A DNA stretch of 64,000 nt from Eledone cirrhosa (lineage: Eukaryota), in assembly GCA_964016885.1 (NCBI GenBank), contig OZ024740.1:298716001-298780000 (forward strand), read 5' to 3'. Shown piece by piece: positions 51,875-64,000 of this stretch. Under the pieces are notes generated by a model that was not told the DNA's origin, did no database searches, and saw only the letters and a program-made list of their open reading frames with translations. Position 1 is the stretch's first letter. Each line of letters opens with the position of its first letter. The position numbers and the translations under genes are program-made.

Positions 51875-52067
51875 TCTTTTGTACGTATGTATGTGTATAT
51901 ATATATATGTATTATTTTATAAAATTGTTCATGTGAAAACGTAATGAAACAAATATTGTTATATTTGGGGATGGTCATGTTGCTAGTTTTGCCAATAAAA
52001 AACATTCACTATTTCACTTTATTATTATAGATAATGGTATATTATTAACTTTGTTATTTATAGTTAA

Positions 52068-52249
52068 GGGCAGTGGATTGGCAGTATCGATTGGGCTATT
52101 TACATTCTGAGTTCAAATCCTGCCGAGGATAGCTTTGCCTTTCTTCCCTATTGGGTCGATAAATAAAGCACCAGTAATGCACTGGGGTGATTTAATTGAC
52201 TTACCCCTCTCCCCAAATTGTTACCCTTGTGCCTATAGTAGAAATCATT
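52068..52249 (+). mobile_element. Deu/Nin-core SINE
   Basis: Same motifs as the other copies. Confidence 0.8.
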
Positions 52250-52412
52250 TTTGTAGTTAATGGTTATTTCTTGAAATCTTTCATCACACATTCTGTGACC
52301 TCCTCATTGACTATTTGTTTTCCTCTCTGTACTTCCTCTTCTTATTCTGTTTACCCCATCTTGTCTTTCTGTGGTACATTTTTTTGTTTAAATTATTTCT
52401 AATAGTAAAGCT

Positions 52413-52702
52413 TACTCTTGGGTCCCAAATAATCGGGGTGTTTGGAATAAACGGGCAGGGTTTGGCAAAATCGGTAATTTTTCTAGGTTGTCTCCATTGA
52501 TTTAAAAAAACCCAGAATTAGTTGTTTAGTTTATCCCAACCCATCCTATTTACTTTGTAATGTATAGGATTGTTAGTAATCTACTTTTTTGTTATGTATA
52601 ATTTTTTTTTAATAAGCAGGTGGGGGGTGTCGGAATAAGAGCAGGGGGATACGAAAATTTAATAAGCGAGTTGAGGAGGGGATTATTCAATACCCAAGAG
52701 TA
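52413..52702. mobile_element. Pogo-like MITE (related decayed copy at about 7248-7630)
   Basis: TIRs tactcttggg..aataatc / gattatt..cccaagagta and internal ggaataa / aatttaataagcg repeats. Confidence 0.65.
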
Positions 52703-53557
52703 AGTGAAAGTCAAATACCTCCACATACTGATATTGAGCTGTGCAATCAAACATATGGCTATATCAACATAAATCCTTAGATCTGAATTGCACACTCACA
52801 AGTATAGTAACACTAATATGCTTTAGTCCAACCCCCCTCTTTTTTTTTTCTTCTCTATATACAACAGCATAGATAGGGGCCATGCTCTGTGGACTGAGTG
52901 AGATTGGCTTGGGAGTTAGGGGAAAAAAGCTTTTATCACCTGCTGGAACTAACATGTAAAAGCATTAAATAGATTAATCAATGGTTTTATAACCCTTTAG
53001 GAACCAGAAGGCTGGCCATAGACAAAATAGCCTGAATCAAAACTGACTTACTTATATCAACTACTGCTACCAACATTATAACTCCCTCTCCTATGTCCAC
53101 TGACCTGCCACTATTAGAATTGGTACAACAGCAAACATTTCAACAAAAAGCAAACATTTTTATTTACATTCAGTCTTCCAGTCTAATCAAAACATATTGA
53201 ATAATTGTTGAATAACGTCCTTTCTGTACTTTCAAAATGTGCATAAGGGGATGATGTAATGGAATACAATAATGTTGAATGTGTGATACTGCTTTTCTTC
53301 CTTTTATGCATAAAACCTTGTGGCGTCCACGAGGTTGAGTGCTTTCAACTGATTACACCATTGATGGTCGATTGATTGGATCAGCCAATGCTGATTATCA
53401 TAATAAGTACATACATGTGTGAGGCTCTCAGCAGGAACTGTGGGAGCTCATGGTTGAATACTTTCTCCTTAAATATACTAATGCTGCATTCCATACTACT
53501 TTGATTAGTGGTCTTTCTGGGCTTAGCACTGTAGATACTCCATATACATTTGCGCGT

Positions 53558-53608
<51 letters not shown>

Positions 53609-55357
53609 AGAGAGAGAGAGAGAGAGCAAGCAATCTTTAATAGTGAAAGAAAAAAAAAATTAAAATTTTAAAAACCCACTAGAGATGAAAATTGTGATTG
53701 GCAAAAAATATTTGAACCTGAGAATATAAAAAGCAAGCAAATTAAGAAGCAACCCACCTGGTATTGTTATTGACAAAATAAAATAACAACATACTTTGTT
53801 GTAGAAATCAACTCACACTTGACGTTAATGTAATAAAACTGCAGTAGAAAGAAGACATATGTACCATTGATAGCAAGTCTGCAAATACAGTTTGCAAAAT
53901 AAGCTTTTATTTTTGTATATTCATCATTATTGGAGTGGCATAATATGTATGAATACGCTTTGATCAATGTATGGCTGAACTTAGATTCTTGGAGAAAGAA
54001 CATAGCTCCATTATTCATAAGCTATGGAGTGAAGTTGGCTGCCTGCAGATGCAAGCCTCACAAGGTGGATTGGCTGTTCCAGTACCTCTCTCCCACCATC
54101 CTCTGGGGCAATGTATTCTCCATCCTGTTGGCTGGGACCCAGAGGTGGGGGTATACAGGTAGATTTGAGTGGATGAACACATACACACGTAGATGCACAC
54201 ATGCATATGTGTGCGCACACACACATACACACTTGCACACACACTCACATACATGTGCGTGCACATATATACACACTTGTACGCACACACTATATGTAAA
54301 ACCCCTGAAAATGATTGGAGATTAGATCAATCAAAATGTAGATAGAAATACAAATGATTCTTCTTCTTCTTCGTTTTCATCTTCGTCTTTGTCGTCGTCT
54401 TCGTCTTTGTCGTCGTCTTCGTCTTCATCTTCTCGGAGGTCCTGTCAAAAGTAACTGTCTCCAACTGATCCAGCTAGATCCCCAAGTGAGACCAGCTGAG
54501 CTCATGGATGTTATCTAACCATCTTGCCCCAGGTCTACCCCTGCATCTCCTACCTATTGGTTTTGCATATAAAATCTGTCCAGCAATTCTTTTCCGAGAC
54601 ATTCTAACCATGTGTCTGTAGTATCAGAGCTGTGATCTCTCAATTTGGATTAATTATAAGGAAAATTTAAATAGGTCTAAATCATTTCTTTAGGTTGACT
54701 TACACATTTCAATTTGTTATGTTAAATGTGTATGCATGTGTGTGTTTCTGGCATAACTATATACATCAAAACATTAAACAATGCTATTCTCATTTATCCA
54801 CATTGTATTTCTCATTTGAGAGGTTCTTGATAAATCATTAGGAAATATTTTCCTCCTCAGACTGAAATAAAAGATGTTGTAGGTAAATAGCTTAAAAGTA
54901 ACAGAGAAGGAGGAAGGGAGGGAGAGAGAGAGAGATTAATTGACCCTCTTGTGGCCATATTTCTAAGAAGATTAGACTGTTCATTTGCTTCAGTGATTTT
55001 GAGATTAATCAAAAATTGAGGCAAGTTTAGTGAAGCAAGTAACTTTTAATTTATTTATCAGTATATTAAGATTATGTTCGGAATACAACCGTTAAAACAT
55101 AGATGTATACATGAAACCATGAAGGAGTATTTATCTAGTGAAATCTTGTACCTAATAACAAAATTTCAGTTCAATATTTTCTCTTTAATTAAAGTAGTTT
55201 TCAGTAAGTTTGTTAGATGGGTCTCAGATGTGTTGTTAGGAGGTTGCTATCATAAAGGTTAAGAATTTAATGATATATCTGTTCTGTCCTTTTTGAATCT
55301 TTCCCTATAGTTTCAATAATTTTACACTTTTAACTTCTGTGTTTCTTTCTGTTTCAG

Positions 55358-55424
55358 TTTCCCCCATATGCTATAAATGAAACTGGACGGCCATCTAGCA
55401 TTGGAAGAAGAGAAATTGGGCATG
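55358..55424 (+). CDS. PNPT1: PNPT1 internal coding exon (67 nt): FPPYAINETGRPSSIGRREIGH(G)
   Basis: Polypyrimidine tract, gtttcag|TTT acceptor and CATG|gtattt donor. FPPY...RREIGHG is the signature of the second RNase PH domain of PNPase. Confidence 0.96.
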
Positions 55425-55884
55425 GTATTTAAATTATATATACTTCATTACAATAACTGCAATTATATATACTTCTTTACAATAACTGCAAACACAAAAT
55501 TGTGTCAAAGAAATCATTTCTAAATTTACAGGCACAAACAAGCAATGTAAACTACCAAAATGAATTGCAACATTGTTACAAAATAATATTTTTAATTAAA
55601 GTTGCAATCTGGATTAAAAATTCATGTTTTGTTTATCAAAGTTGATGCTTACTACAACAAAAGTTAATATTCTATGACCAATATCAAATAGTAATGTCCA
55701 AAGTTTTTACAAGAAAATTAGTAATAAATGCACCTAAATCAACCTTTCTGATTGTCTGAGTAACTTAGTTAGTTTCACATTTAGTGTTCGCCCCATGCTA
55801 GCAGGGAAAATGGAATTAAATGATGATTATTATGATTTTTTGAAGAATAAATATGGCTGTCACTTAATATGTGTGACATGTTGA

Positions 55885-56096
55885 TTGACTGGTTAGCATT
55901 TAAAATGGTCGTATCCGGCCAGAACTCTTGCACCTCTTTCTGTTCAAACCAGCTGTAACTGGCCACTCATATCTACATTAAAATATTGTTCTCAAAATAA
56001 GTAACATCAAAATCTCATAGGTTTGATATTATGTTATATAATTATGCAAGATTTACTGTGAAAATATAGTAAATATAGAATAATGTAAATGCTAAA
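55885..56096 (-). mobile_element. MITE family B, reverse orientation
   Basis: Reverse complement of 60069-60297. Confidence 0.7.
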
Positions 56097-56929
56097 TAAT
56101 TGTTTCTACTAAATAATAATTGTTTCTACTAATAATAATTGTTTCTACTAAATAATAATGTAAACATGATTGGTGTTAGGAAGGGAATCCAGCTGTAAAA
56201 AACTTGGCCAAAATACAGCTCCATTTGAGCAAGGTATGACGCGGCCAACTGGCCAGATTTGCCTCATGACATGGACACTTCATTGGACCTATGCAAGCAT
56301 GGAAAATACGATGTTAAATGTTAATGAGGATGATGATGAATGCTTTCTAATTTTGGCACAAAGCTAGAAATTTCATATTTTTGGTGGGGTAGGTTCATTA
56401 ATTGACCCAAGTACTTGACTGATACTTTATTTTATTGACCTTAAGGGTGAAAGGCATATTTGACCTTAGCAGGATTTGAAATCAGTACATGAAGAGGTTT
56501 CATCTGACGCTCTAACGATTCTCCTAATTCTGTTAGTAACAACAATTCATTTAGAATCAAATGACAACTGTAACCATTTGCATTCACAATTGAATCACGA
56601 CTAAAGTCATGATGTGAGGGGCTATTTATTTCAGTGAATGGATGAATTAAGAAAATATATTTTGTTTAAATCAATTAAGGAGTGTTTTATAATAATTTTA
56701 GCATAGCAGTAGTTGAATATAAGTTACACACTGCTAGTAATTATTGTTAGTTTAGAGAGAGCAACATGTTTTATAATGAAAATTTGTATAAACAAACATG
56801 GCATCAAAAAGTGAAACTAAACCTTTTTCTAAAATTGATTTAGTTGGAATACACACACAAAAACAAATATGAGATGTGTATTGAAAATGAACAAGATTTA
56901 TCATTGATTCAACAAACCCATGTTGGAAT

Positions 56930-58188
56930 GGCGAGATTGATTTTCTGAAGTCAATGTTGATACATTCAGAGTAAATTCTGGACCTGCAAATATTCTAGAT
57001 GCTCAGAAGAAAGAACTAGATTTTTTTCTTTCAAATATTATATAAGGATTTATTTAATTTGATGGCATATGAAATGAACAAAAGGGCTTGATCCAATGTG
57101 GCGTAACACAACTGCTTCTAAAATGAGGGCCTTTATTGCATTTCAGATAGTAATGCGAGTTATTTCTGTCCTTAGTCAGGACATGTATTCCTTAAAAAAT
57201 AACTTGTTCCAGTCTACAGGGATCAGGGAATTAATTACAAAAGACATGCTGTACAAACTAAACTGGTATTTCCATGTTTTGGATGTCACCCAGAATCCAG
57301 CACATGACCATCTTGCTCATGAGAAACTTGCCCATGTTTGGTCTATTATTGAATGGATATATGGGAACTTACAGTCCAGTCCACACTGAGAAACTTTGAT
57401 TTAGGAGGCCATGATTATCTTCAAACAGTATATTCAACTGAAGCCTACAAAATGTTAAAAGTTAGTTGTGAGCCAGTTATTGCATAGGAAGATAATCCAA
57501 CAAATAGTGGAAATATTTGTTTTATTTTATTGTTATATATGGCTATATGTTTATCATTTGTGCTGATGGAACAGTCACCAAACCACAAACTCCTGTCTAA
57601 AAAAAGGCAAGGACAAAAACTTTACTCAGTTAGGTTTCAGAATGAATCTGACCAATCAACTAATTGGTGAATACTCTTATAAATGAAAAAGTGCCCTGCA
57701 AGAAGTTCTCCAAGTCTAGGCTGCCACACACTGACCTGTAAATTTGAGGAAAAAGAGAACTTGCAAGCAGTATTACAAACAAAAGATCAGAAAGGAACTA
57801 AAAACAGGAAGTGAGCAATGTAAAGTAAATCTCTGCATCAACTGTTTTAAGCTGTATCATCTGGAACATTTCCCTTAATATACTTAAAAAAACTGAAATG
57901 TTGATATTTACAAAAATAATTTTTTGCTCATATTTTATTACAATAAATTGTTTATTTGATTTAATAATCTATGAATATAATATTTTTTGCAACATCCTTT
58001 AGAAAATCCAGTTTGGAATCTTCACTGAAAATGTCATGCCTTTATCTTGATTATTTATAAACTTAGAGCAATTTTTGTATGGACTTGTTAAAAAAAACTA
58101 TTGATTTTCACCATTTGGCTTAGGGAATTAATGTGAAACAATGCTAAGGGAAGTAATCATATACATCCACCAGGGAGGAATGAGTTAA
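56930..58188 (+). mobile_element. Decayed piggyBac transposase relic
   Basis: W..TT..MRAFIA, YFHV.D, HEKLAHV, EAMIIFK, LKPTK and a C-terminal Cys-rich remnant (RTCKQ...QCKVNLCINCFKLYH). Possible right end ggaatgagTTAA at 58188. Confidence 0.78.
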
Positions 58189-58329
58189 TATTCTATAGAC
58201 TACAACTTACGTTGGGTATTATGGGATGTGCTACAGAACTAATTCCATCATTGATTTTCTAAGTTCATCAGCAGCTATAGCATCACTTTCCTCTGAGTTT
58301 TGATTATGATTTTCGAATGATGCTTATTG

Positions 58330-60060
58330 TTCATTCTGCCATGTTGGTTTCTAGTTAATAAATTAGCTATTGAGCAATATGTCTCGATCAATATATGGCT
58401 GAACATGGATTCTTGGTAAAAGAATTTAGCTCCCTAGCATATACTATAGATGATCATAATAACTTGCACAATAAAAATCTTCAAAACCATCTTAAAATAT
58501 TGAGGGTAAACGAATGCCTGTGTAAAAACAGTGCTATGCAAACTGCAGTCATCTTCCTGCAGTCTTGTTAGTCAACTGGGGGAGGTTATCATAGAGCTAA
58601 TTGCTAATTGCTAACTTCTATTGATACACGCTGCTATGGACTTAGTGAGGAACCAGGTTTCACACACATATAGGAAGGTTGACCCAAATGTTGTGATGCA
58701 GACTCTTTTTCTGCAGAGGTACAGATATTCCTCATATTGTCAAATGTTTTTCAAACTAGGTCTGTATAAATTTCCTTGCTGTAATGGTGAAGCCTTGTTC
58801 TTCATGATCCTCAGGTACTTGCTGGAGAGCATACTTCAGAACAATAATGAAGAGTACCAATGTGACACTTTTTAGAGCATCAGCTCACAGCTCAGATGCT
58901 TTAGTTTCATTGTCTGGTGTGATAAGTAGTGCCTTGGTACTGGCGTATATGGTGTCAGTGGCACCATTTTGGGCAGAAGTTTGTATGATTTTAAGGCCTC
59001 AAAGGCTTTTTTGAAGTTGATAACTATCAAGCCACCAGGTGGTTATTCTTCACCTCTATTATTCTTGAAAAATTAGGAGATGCAGGACTGTTGTCCACTT
59101 TTCATGAAAACTATTTTAACTGTATCTCAGTTAGTGATCGATGACCATAGGATCTTTCTGTCATGATTACCACTGCAGCTTTATTTTTGAATGTGTTAAA
59201 CATTTCTCAGCTTCATTTAGCATGTGAAATCCCTTCAAGAAAATCTCACCAGTCTCTCATCATGATCATAAGAAAACATGCACTGGACATGAGGAAGCAG
59301 AAAAAGACATTATTATTAATATGTCTTTGAATCTCTTGTTTTCATCTTATATTATCAGGTCCAAACAAGTTATTCAAGGTAAACATTCTTCCTTTGAGGA
59401 TAGTACCCTCTATATGTGCTGTTCCTAGGAGGGATGTTTTATTGAGTTCTTGTAGAGTTATGTTTCCTGGGATTTTGTTGCTGAATTTTGTCAATCCTTT
59501 TATTAACGCAAGTCCTCTGATTACTGATATGGTTTAGATAGTCAAGCCCCATATTATGGAGATCTCAAGGTATATTTAGACAGTTTTTCATGGACTTAAC
59601 TGATGTGTTATTTATTGTCTGCTTGTATTGTTATATCGATCAGCACACAATTTATTTCGTTGGCATTTTAAATTATGATGTCTGGCCTATTTGCTTTGAT
59701 TCCCTATCTGTCTGTATTTGTAAGTCCCATAGGAGAGTAACATTGTAATTCTTAGTAACGGTTTCTGATTTTTAGTCATACAAATTTTCAGAGACTATGA
59801 TATACTTCATGCAGATTTTCCAGTATATATCTGTTTCTAAGTTATTGTAATGGTAGATATATTCATTTTTTGCCAATATTGGGCAGTCTGAAATAATGTG
59901 GTCAGTAATTTCTTCAAAGTTTCCACATATTCTACACATTTTGTCCATGCGAGGGTGGTGTGACATGGTCCTAAGACTTTTCCTGGGTAAAGCATGCCCC
60001 CTCCCCCTGCTTCGAGTCCCATACCTTTGAGCTATTGATTTGCCTTTTCTTGGACAGCAT
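58330..60060 (-). mobile_element. Decayed R4/Dong-like (RLE-type) LINE
   Basis: KKAF RT remnant near 59000, CCHC knuckle CRICGNFEEITDHIISDCPILA, and WDLQIQTDREIKANRPDII endonuclease motif. Confidence 0.78.
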
Positions 60061-60068
60061 CTACTTAT

Positions 60069-60297
60069 TTAATCCTTTAGCATTTATATTACTCTATATA
60101 TACTATTGCATTTTTGTGGTAAAGGCTTTATCTTACATAATTATTTGACATAATATCGAATCTACGAGATTTTGATGATATTTATTTTGAGAACAATACC
60201 TTAACACCAGTATGAGTGGCAAGTTATGGCTGGTTTGAACAGAAAGAGGTGAAAGAATTCTGGCCAGATACGGTTGGTTTAAATGCTAAAGGGTTAA
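60069..60297 (+). mobile_element. TTAA-flanked MITE, family B
   Basis: ttaatcctttagcattta...aaatgctaaagggttaa termini. Confidence 0.8.
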
Positions 60298-61111
60298 GCC
60301 TTTGTAGGTATTTTCCATGCAGAAATTTTCTTAGTTTTTTTCTCTATTTGTTGGGAGCCATGGTTTGCCTTGTATTTTATTCTGGAGCTAAAAGATGCCT
60401 CGTGGGCAAAAGCTGTTGCTGGTGGGTTGATGAGATGCACCCAGCCTATCCTTTAAATAGGTAATGAAAGCCATTAAAACATGACATACTGGAACATACC
60501 TATATAACGTATGGCATAATAGAAAAGCAGGCATACAATTATGATGTGAAAGAATTGCTGTGAGATTTAACTCTTTCATTACTATATTTTTAATAAAAGA
60601 CATTGCTTAAAATGTTCAAATAATTTTGAAAATAATTAAGAATTTGGAAAAATTTAGTAATATAACTTTCTCATTACTAAGTTGATGTTTAGGACATAAC
60701 TTACCACAGGTTCTTACAAAAAATATGATGGAAGGTTTTTAGATAAATATAAACACTTTACAATAAATAGAGGCAGTTTCAGGTGATTTAGTATCAACAG
60801 GGTAATAGGCTAGGTTTAAATCCATAGTTTGAATATATGACCATTTAGGGATAATGTGTTAAAACTCTTCTACAACAATTGTATTTACCTTTAAGTAAGA
60901 CTTATTCATAATCCTGCCTGCTTCAGATTTCCTCATTCAGGAAACAGGTTCCAAATTTTTCCATTGTTTATACTGATTTATATATGGTAAAAATGGGTTT
61001 TTATATCATTTGCTTAAATCTCCAGTGTTTCCTTTTCCACCATTCTTAGTATATGTTGTAGAATAAATAATATTTTAATACATATGTATTTTCTTCTCTT
61101 AACCTATACAG

Positions 61112-61201
61112 GTGACTTGGCTGAAAAAGGGCTACAAGCTGTTATACCTGATGAGTATCCCTTTACTATACGTCTCACCTCAGAAGTCTTGGAATCAAAT
61201 G
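61112..61201 (+). CDS. PNPT1: PNPT1 internal coding exon (90 nt): (G)[29 protein letters not shown](G)
   Basis: Acceptor ctatacag|GT and donor AATG|gtaagt. [14 protein letters not shown] leads into the PNPase SNGSSS phosphate-binding motif. Phases match the previous exon. Confidence 0.97.
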
Positions 61202-61380
61202 GTAAGTTATTTTATACTTTAGTTTAGTGTTCAGTGTAGAAAGGATGCCTTATTTTAAGTCTCTTGTTTTAGGTACACAGGCACAACGTTTTTTTTTCTG
61301 AGAGAAAGAGCAAAAGGGAGACAAATAAAGATTTGGAGGAAAAAGCAAGTGTGTGGTTTTGTATTATTATGTAGATTTAA

Positions 61381-61600
61381 GGGAAGCAGATTAGCAGTAT
61401 CAGTAGAGTTTCAGATATCATGTTTTGCAGCATAGAGTTAAGGCCCTTTACATTCTGAGTTCAAATCCTGCTGAGGTTAGCTTTGCCTTTCATCCTTACA
61501 GGGTTGATAAAATAAAGTACCTGTAACATACTGGAGTCGATTTAAACAACTTTCCCCTCCTCCAAAGATTATTAGCCTTGTGCCTAAATCAGAAGCCATT
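61381..61600 (+). mobile_element. Deu/Nin-core SINE
   Basis: Same head and core motifs as the other copies. Confidence 0.8.
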
Positions 61601-61624
61601 AGTGTGTAGATTTATGATAATTGT

Positions 61625-61835
61625 CATTAGAGTTTTTTATGTCCCCTTTTCCATGCCTTCATGGGTTAGAAGGGTCTTTTCCAGCACAGATTCCTTTCAC
61701 TCATCATGTCCCTTCGTCATCTTCTCTAAGGCATTCACTATTTTGAGATCTGTTCTCACCACTTTCTTCTTCCTCTACTGTAGCTCCCCTCCACATGGAA
61801 CTCCTGGTACTTCTTGACCCAGTGATCATCATCAA
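61625..61835 (-). mobile_element. RTE 3' fragment
   Basis: Reverse complement of the RTE tail region (KCQE...EVVRTDLK...WK..VL). Confidence 0.7.
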
Positions 61836-61837
61836 TT

Positions 61838-61902
<65 letters not shown>

Positions 61903-63958
61903 ATATTAGCAGTAGTGACTATGAGATAAAGGACTCAAGATGTAAAGATATTGAGCATAAATGTTTATTTATGATTCATGAAGACAGTTGTACGATTTGT
62001 TCTCAGAATCTTATCAAAGAAGCATTCTCTGGGATTAGTAGATCAAATGCATATGCAAAACACATCTATAATTGATTACTACAGAGTGTACTTCATTGTG
62101 TGTATGTATATATGTGTGTGTGTGTATGTGTATGCATGTGTGTGCACATGCATACCTCTTTGCAGTACCACTTCTAGTCTTGTACATATGCTTCTAAAGT
62201 TACCCTTAATGATGCTAGCAATTCAAGTAAGGAGAGACAATACTAAAATTTAATATACTGTCCTATAAGAAATGTGTGTTTTTGTTAGCCATCTTAGGTT
62301 GCAGTTAGGTCTTTCACTGAATGAACAAGTGTTGGTAGATCAACTCTTCATCAGCCCCATCATTTTAAATCTGATTTCTATGCTAGCATGGGTTAAATGT
62401 GTCATCACAAACTGAGACTAGACTTGTTGGAAAACTATTACTTCTAGTAATAGGGAATCTAAAACCTTAGGTATTATCATGAAATTCTGATTGTAATTTA
62501 CATAATAAAAAATAATTTGTAATCTACGTCTGGTATTGAGTACTCTTTCTTCAGTTTGTTACTGCTGATGTATAGACATGTGTGTGTGTGTGTGTGTATT
62601 TTGAAATTTATGGACAGAGAGAGAGATATATGTAAAATCCTGACTGAGATTATATATATAAAAATATGTGCATATGTATATATACATATATACATAAGTA
62701 CATTTGTGTGTGTGTGTGTGTGTATATATTACATATATATATATGTATATATATATAATAATAATAATAATCATAAGGGTTTAGATCCATATCGAATGAT
62801 TTTGATCTCGTTGCTTACAAATGTATATATATATACACGTGTGAATGTGTGTATTCATGTTGGTGTCCAGTGGGTTTTTTTTTGCCTGTTTATGTTCCAG
62901 CTTCCAGTTCAGTTAGGTCACGCTTATGTATCAAGTCACTCTGTATGTGTGTTTCCTATCTATTTTTGTATTTGATGCATCAGCAAGTTGCCTGCAGTTT
63001 CTCTACACTCTTTAAGTTTATATATGATTCACAGTTCTATATCAGGATGATTTCTCTTATTTTTCTATGATTGAATATCTCCAGGAATCTATGGAGGATT
63101 TTATTGCCAACGTTTTAATGCATGCTACAGCATCAAATCCTATATAGAACTTAGCACTTGATTTAGAATACATCACCCTACTAAACCAGTGCATCTTGTT
63201 TACTCATGTTTAAACACACACACATTCACACACACATAGCCTTTTTTGAACAAACACTAATGCATGCAAACATATGCTTTTAAAATAAATATACTCACTT
63301 GCTTTTTAAACAAACACACGCTGGTACTTTTTAAACAAGCATAAATACACACATGCTTTGTAAACTAACATCACATCCACATGTGCTCTTTATACAAACA
63401 CCCATATGATTTTTAAACAAATAGACAAATACATGCACACTGTTTAAACAAACATAGATATACACACACTTTAAACACCCACATTCTTATGCCCACACAT
63501 GCAAACACTTTCCATTTAGATTTGGAAATTGTATTGGATTTGCTTTGAACACAACATAGTGACTATGGTAGAATAAATATCACAAACTCTTTAATTCATG
63601 GTACTGCACTTTATCAATTTGACCATCAATGACACACACATACATGTATGTGGGCATGGATATTTTCTATCTTAAACATTATTATAAAAAAAAAGTAATA
63701 AAAGAGAAAACCAAGTATTGCTCAGTCCAAAGTGGCTGATAAATTTATGTTGAAACAGATAAGGTGCTGTGGCGGTTAAAAGTTCAGGCAAAGCAGATAC
63801 ACATTCATATTTAATTTCAGACAAAAGGGAATTGAAGATTCTGTGTGGTGTTATCAGTGTGGCAAATGACAGGTGCATGCTTTGATTTGAGTTTTGTCAG
63901 TGGCTTTATTGTTAGATATCAAATTAGTATTTACAAACGTATAACACTTGATATTTTA

Positions 63959-63995
<37 letters not shown>

Positions 63996-64000
63996 TGTGG

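Noticed and set aside
55432-55489. 29-bp tandem duplication just after the weak gtattt donor
   Set aside because: A small slippage duplication that creates no alternative splice site.
61112-61116. Asp in GHGDLAEK where human has Ala, as a possible loss of function or recoding site
   Set aside because: From recall this position varies among PNPases (Arg in E. coli), and there are no RNA data here.

Overview
Eukaryotic, AT-rich, microsatellite- and transposon-dense genomic DNA. The SINE and RTE-LINE repertoire looks like a coleoid cephalopod (octopus-like); that assignment is an inference. The only host gene I can support is PNPT1 (mitochondrial polynucleotide phosphorylase) on the + strand. 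It has four small internal coding exons (71, 37, 67 and 90 nt) separated by introns of about 16.6, 18.2 and 5.7 kb, and none of them appears in the ORF track. Everything else is intronic: RTE LINEs carrying a PHD-type finger, R4/Dong-like LINE relics, an internally deleted DD37D (maT) transposon, a decayed piggyBac with TTAA-flanked MITEs, pogo-like MITEs, many tRNA-derived SINEs and a 52-bp minisatellite. The most unusual signal is a set of minimal type-I hammerhead ribozyme motifs (four on the pre-mRNA strand, one antisense) sitting in or beside long fold-back structures. These include a near-perfect hairpin with 190-bp arms and a nested inverted repeat split by later insertions, probably remnants of Penelope-like elements.
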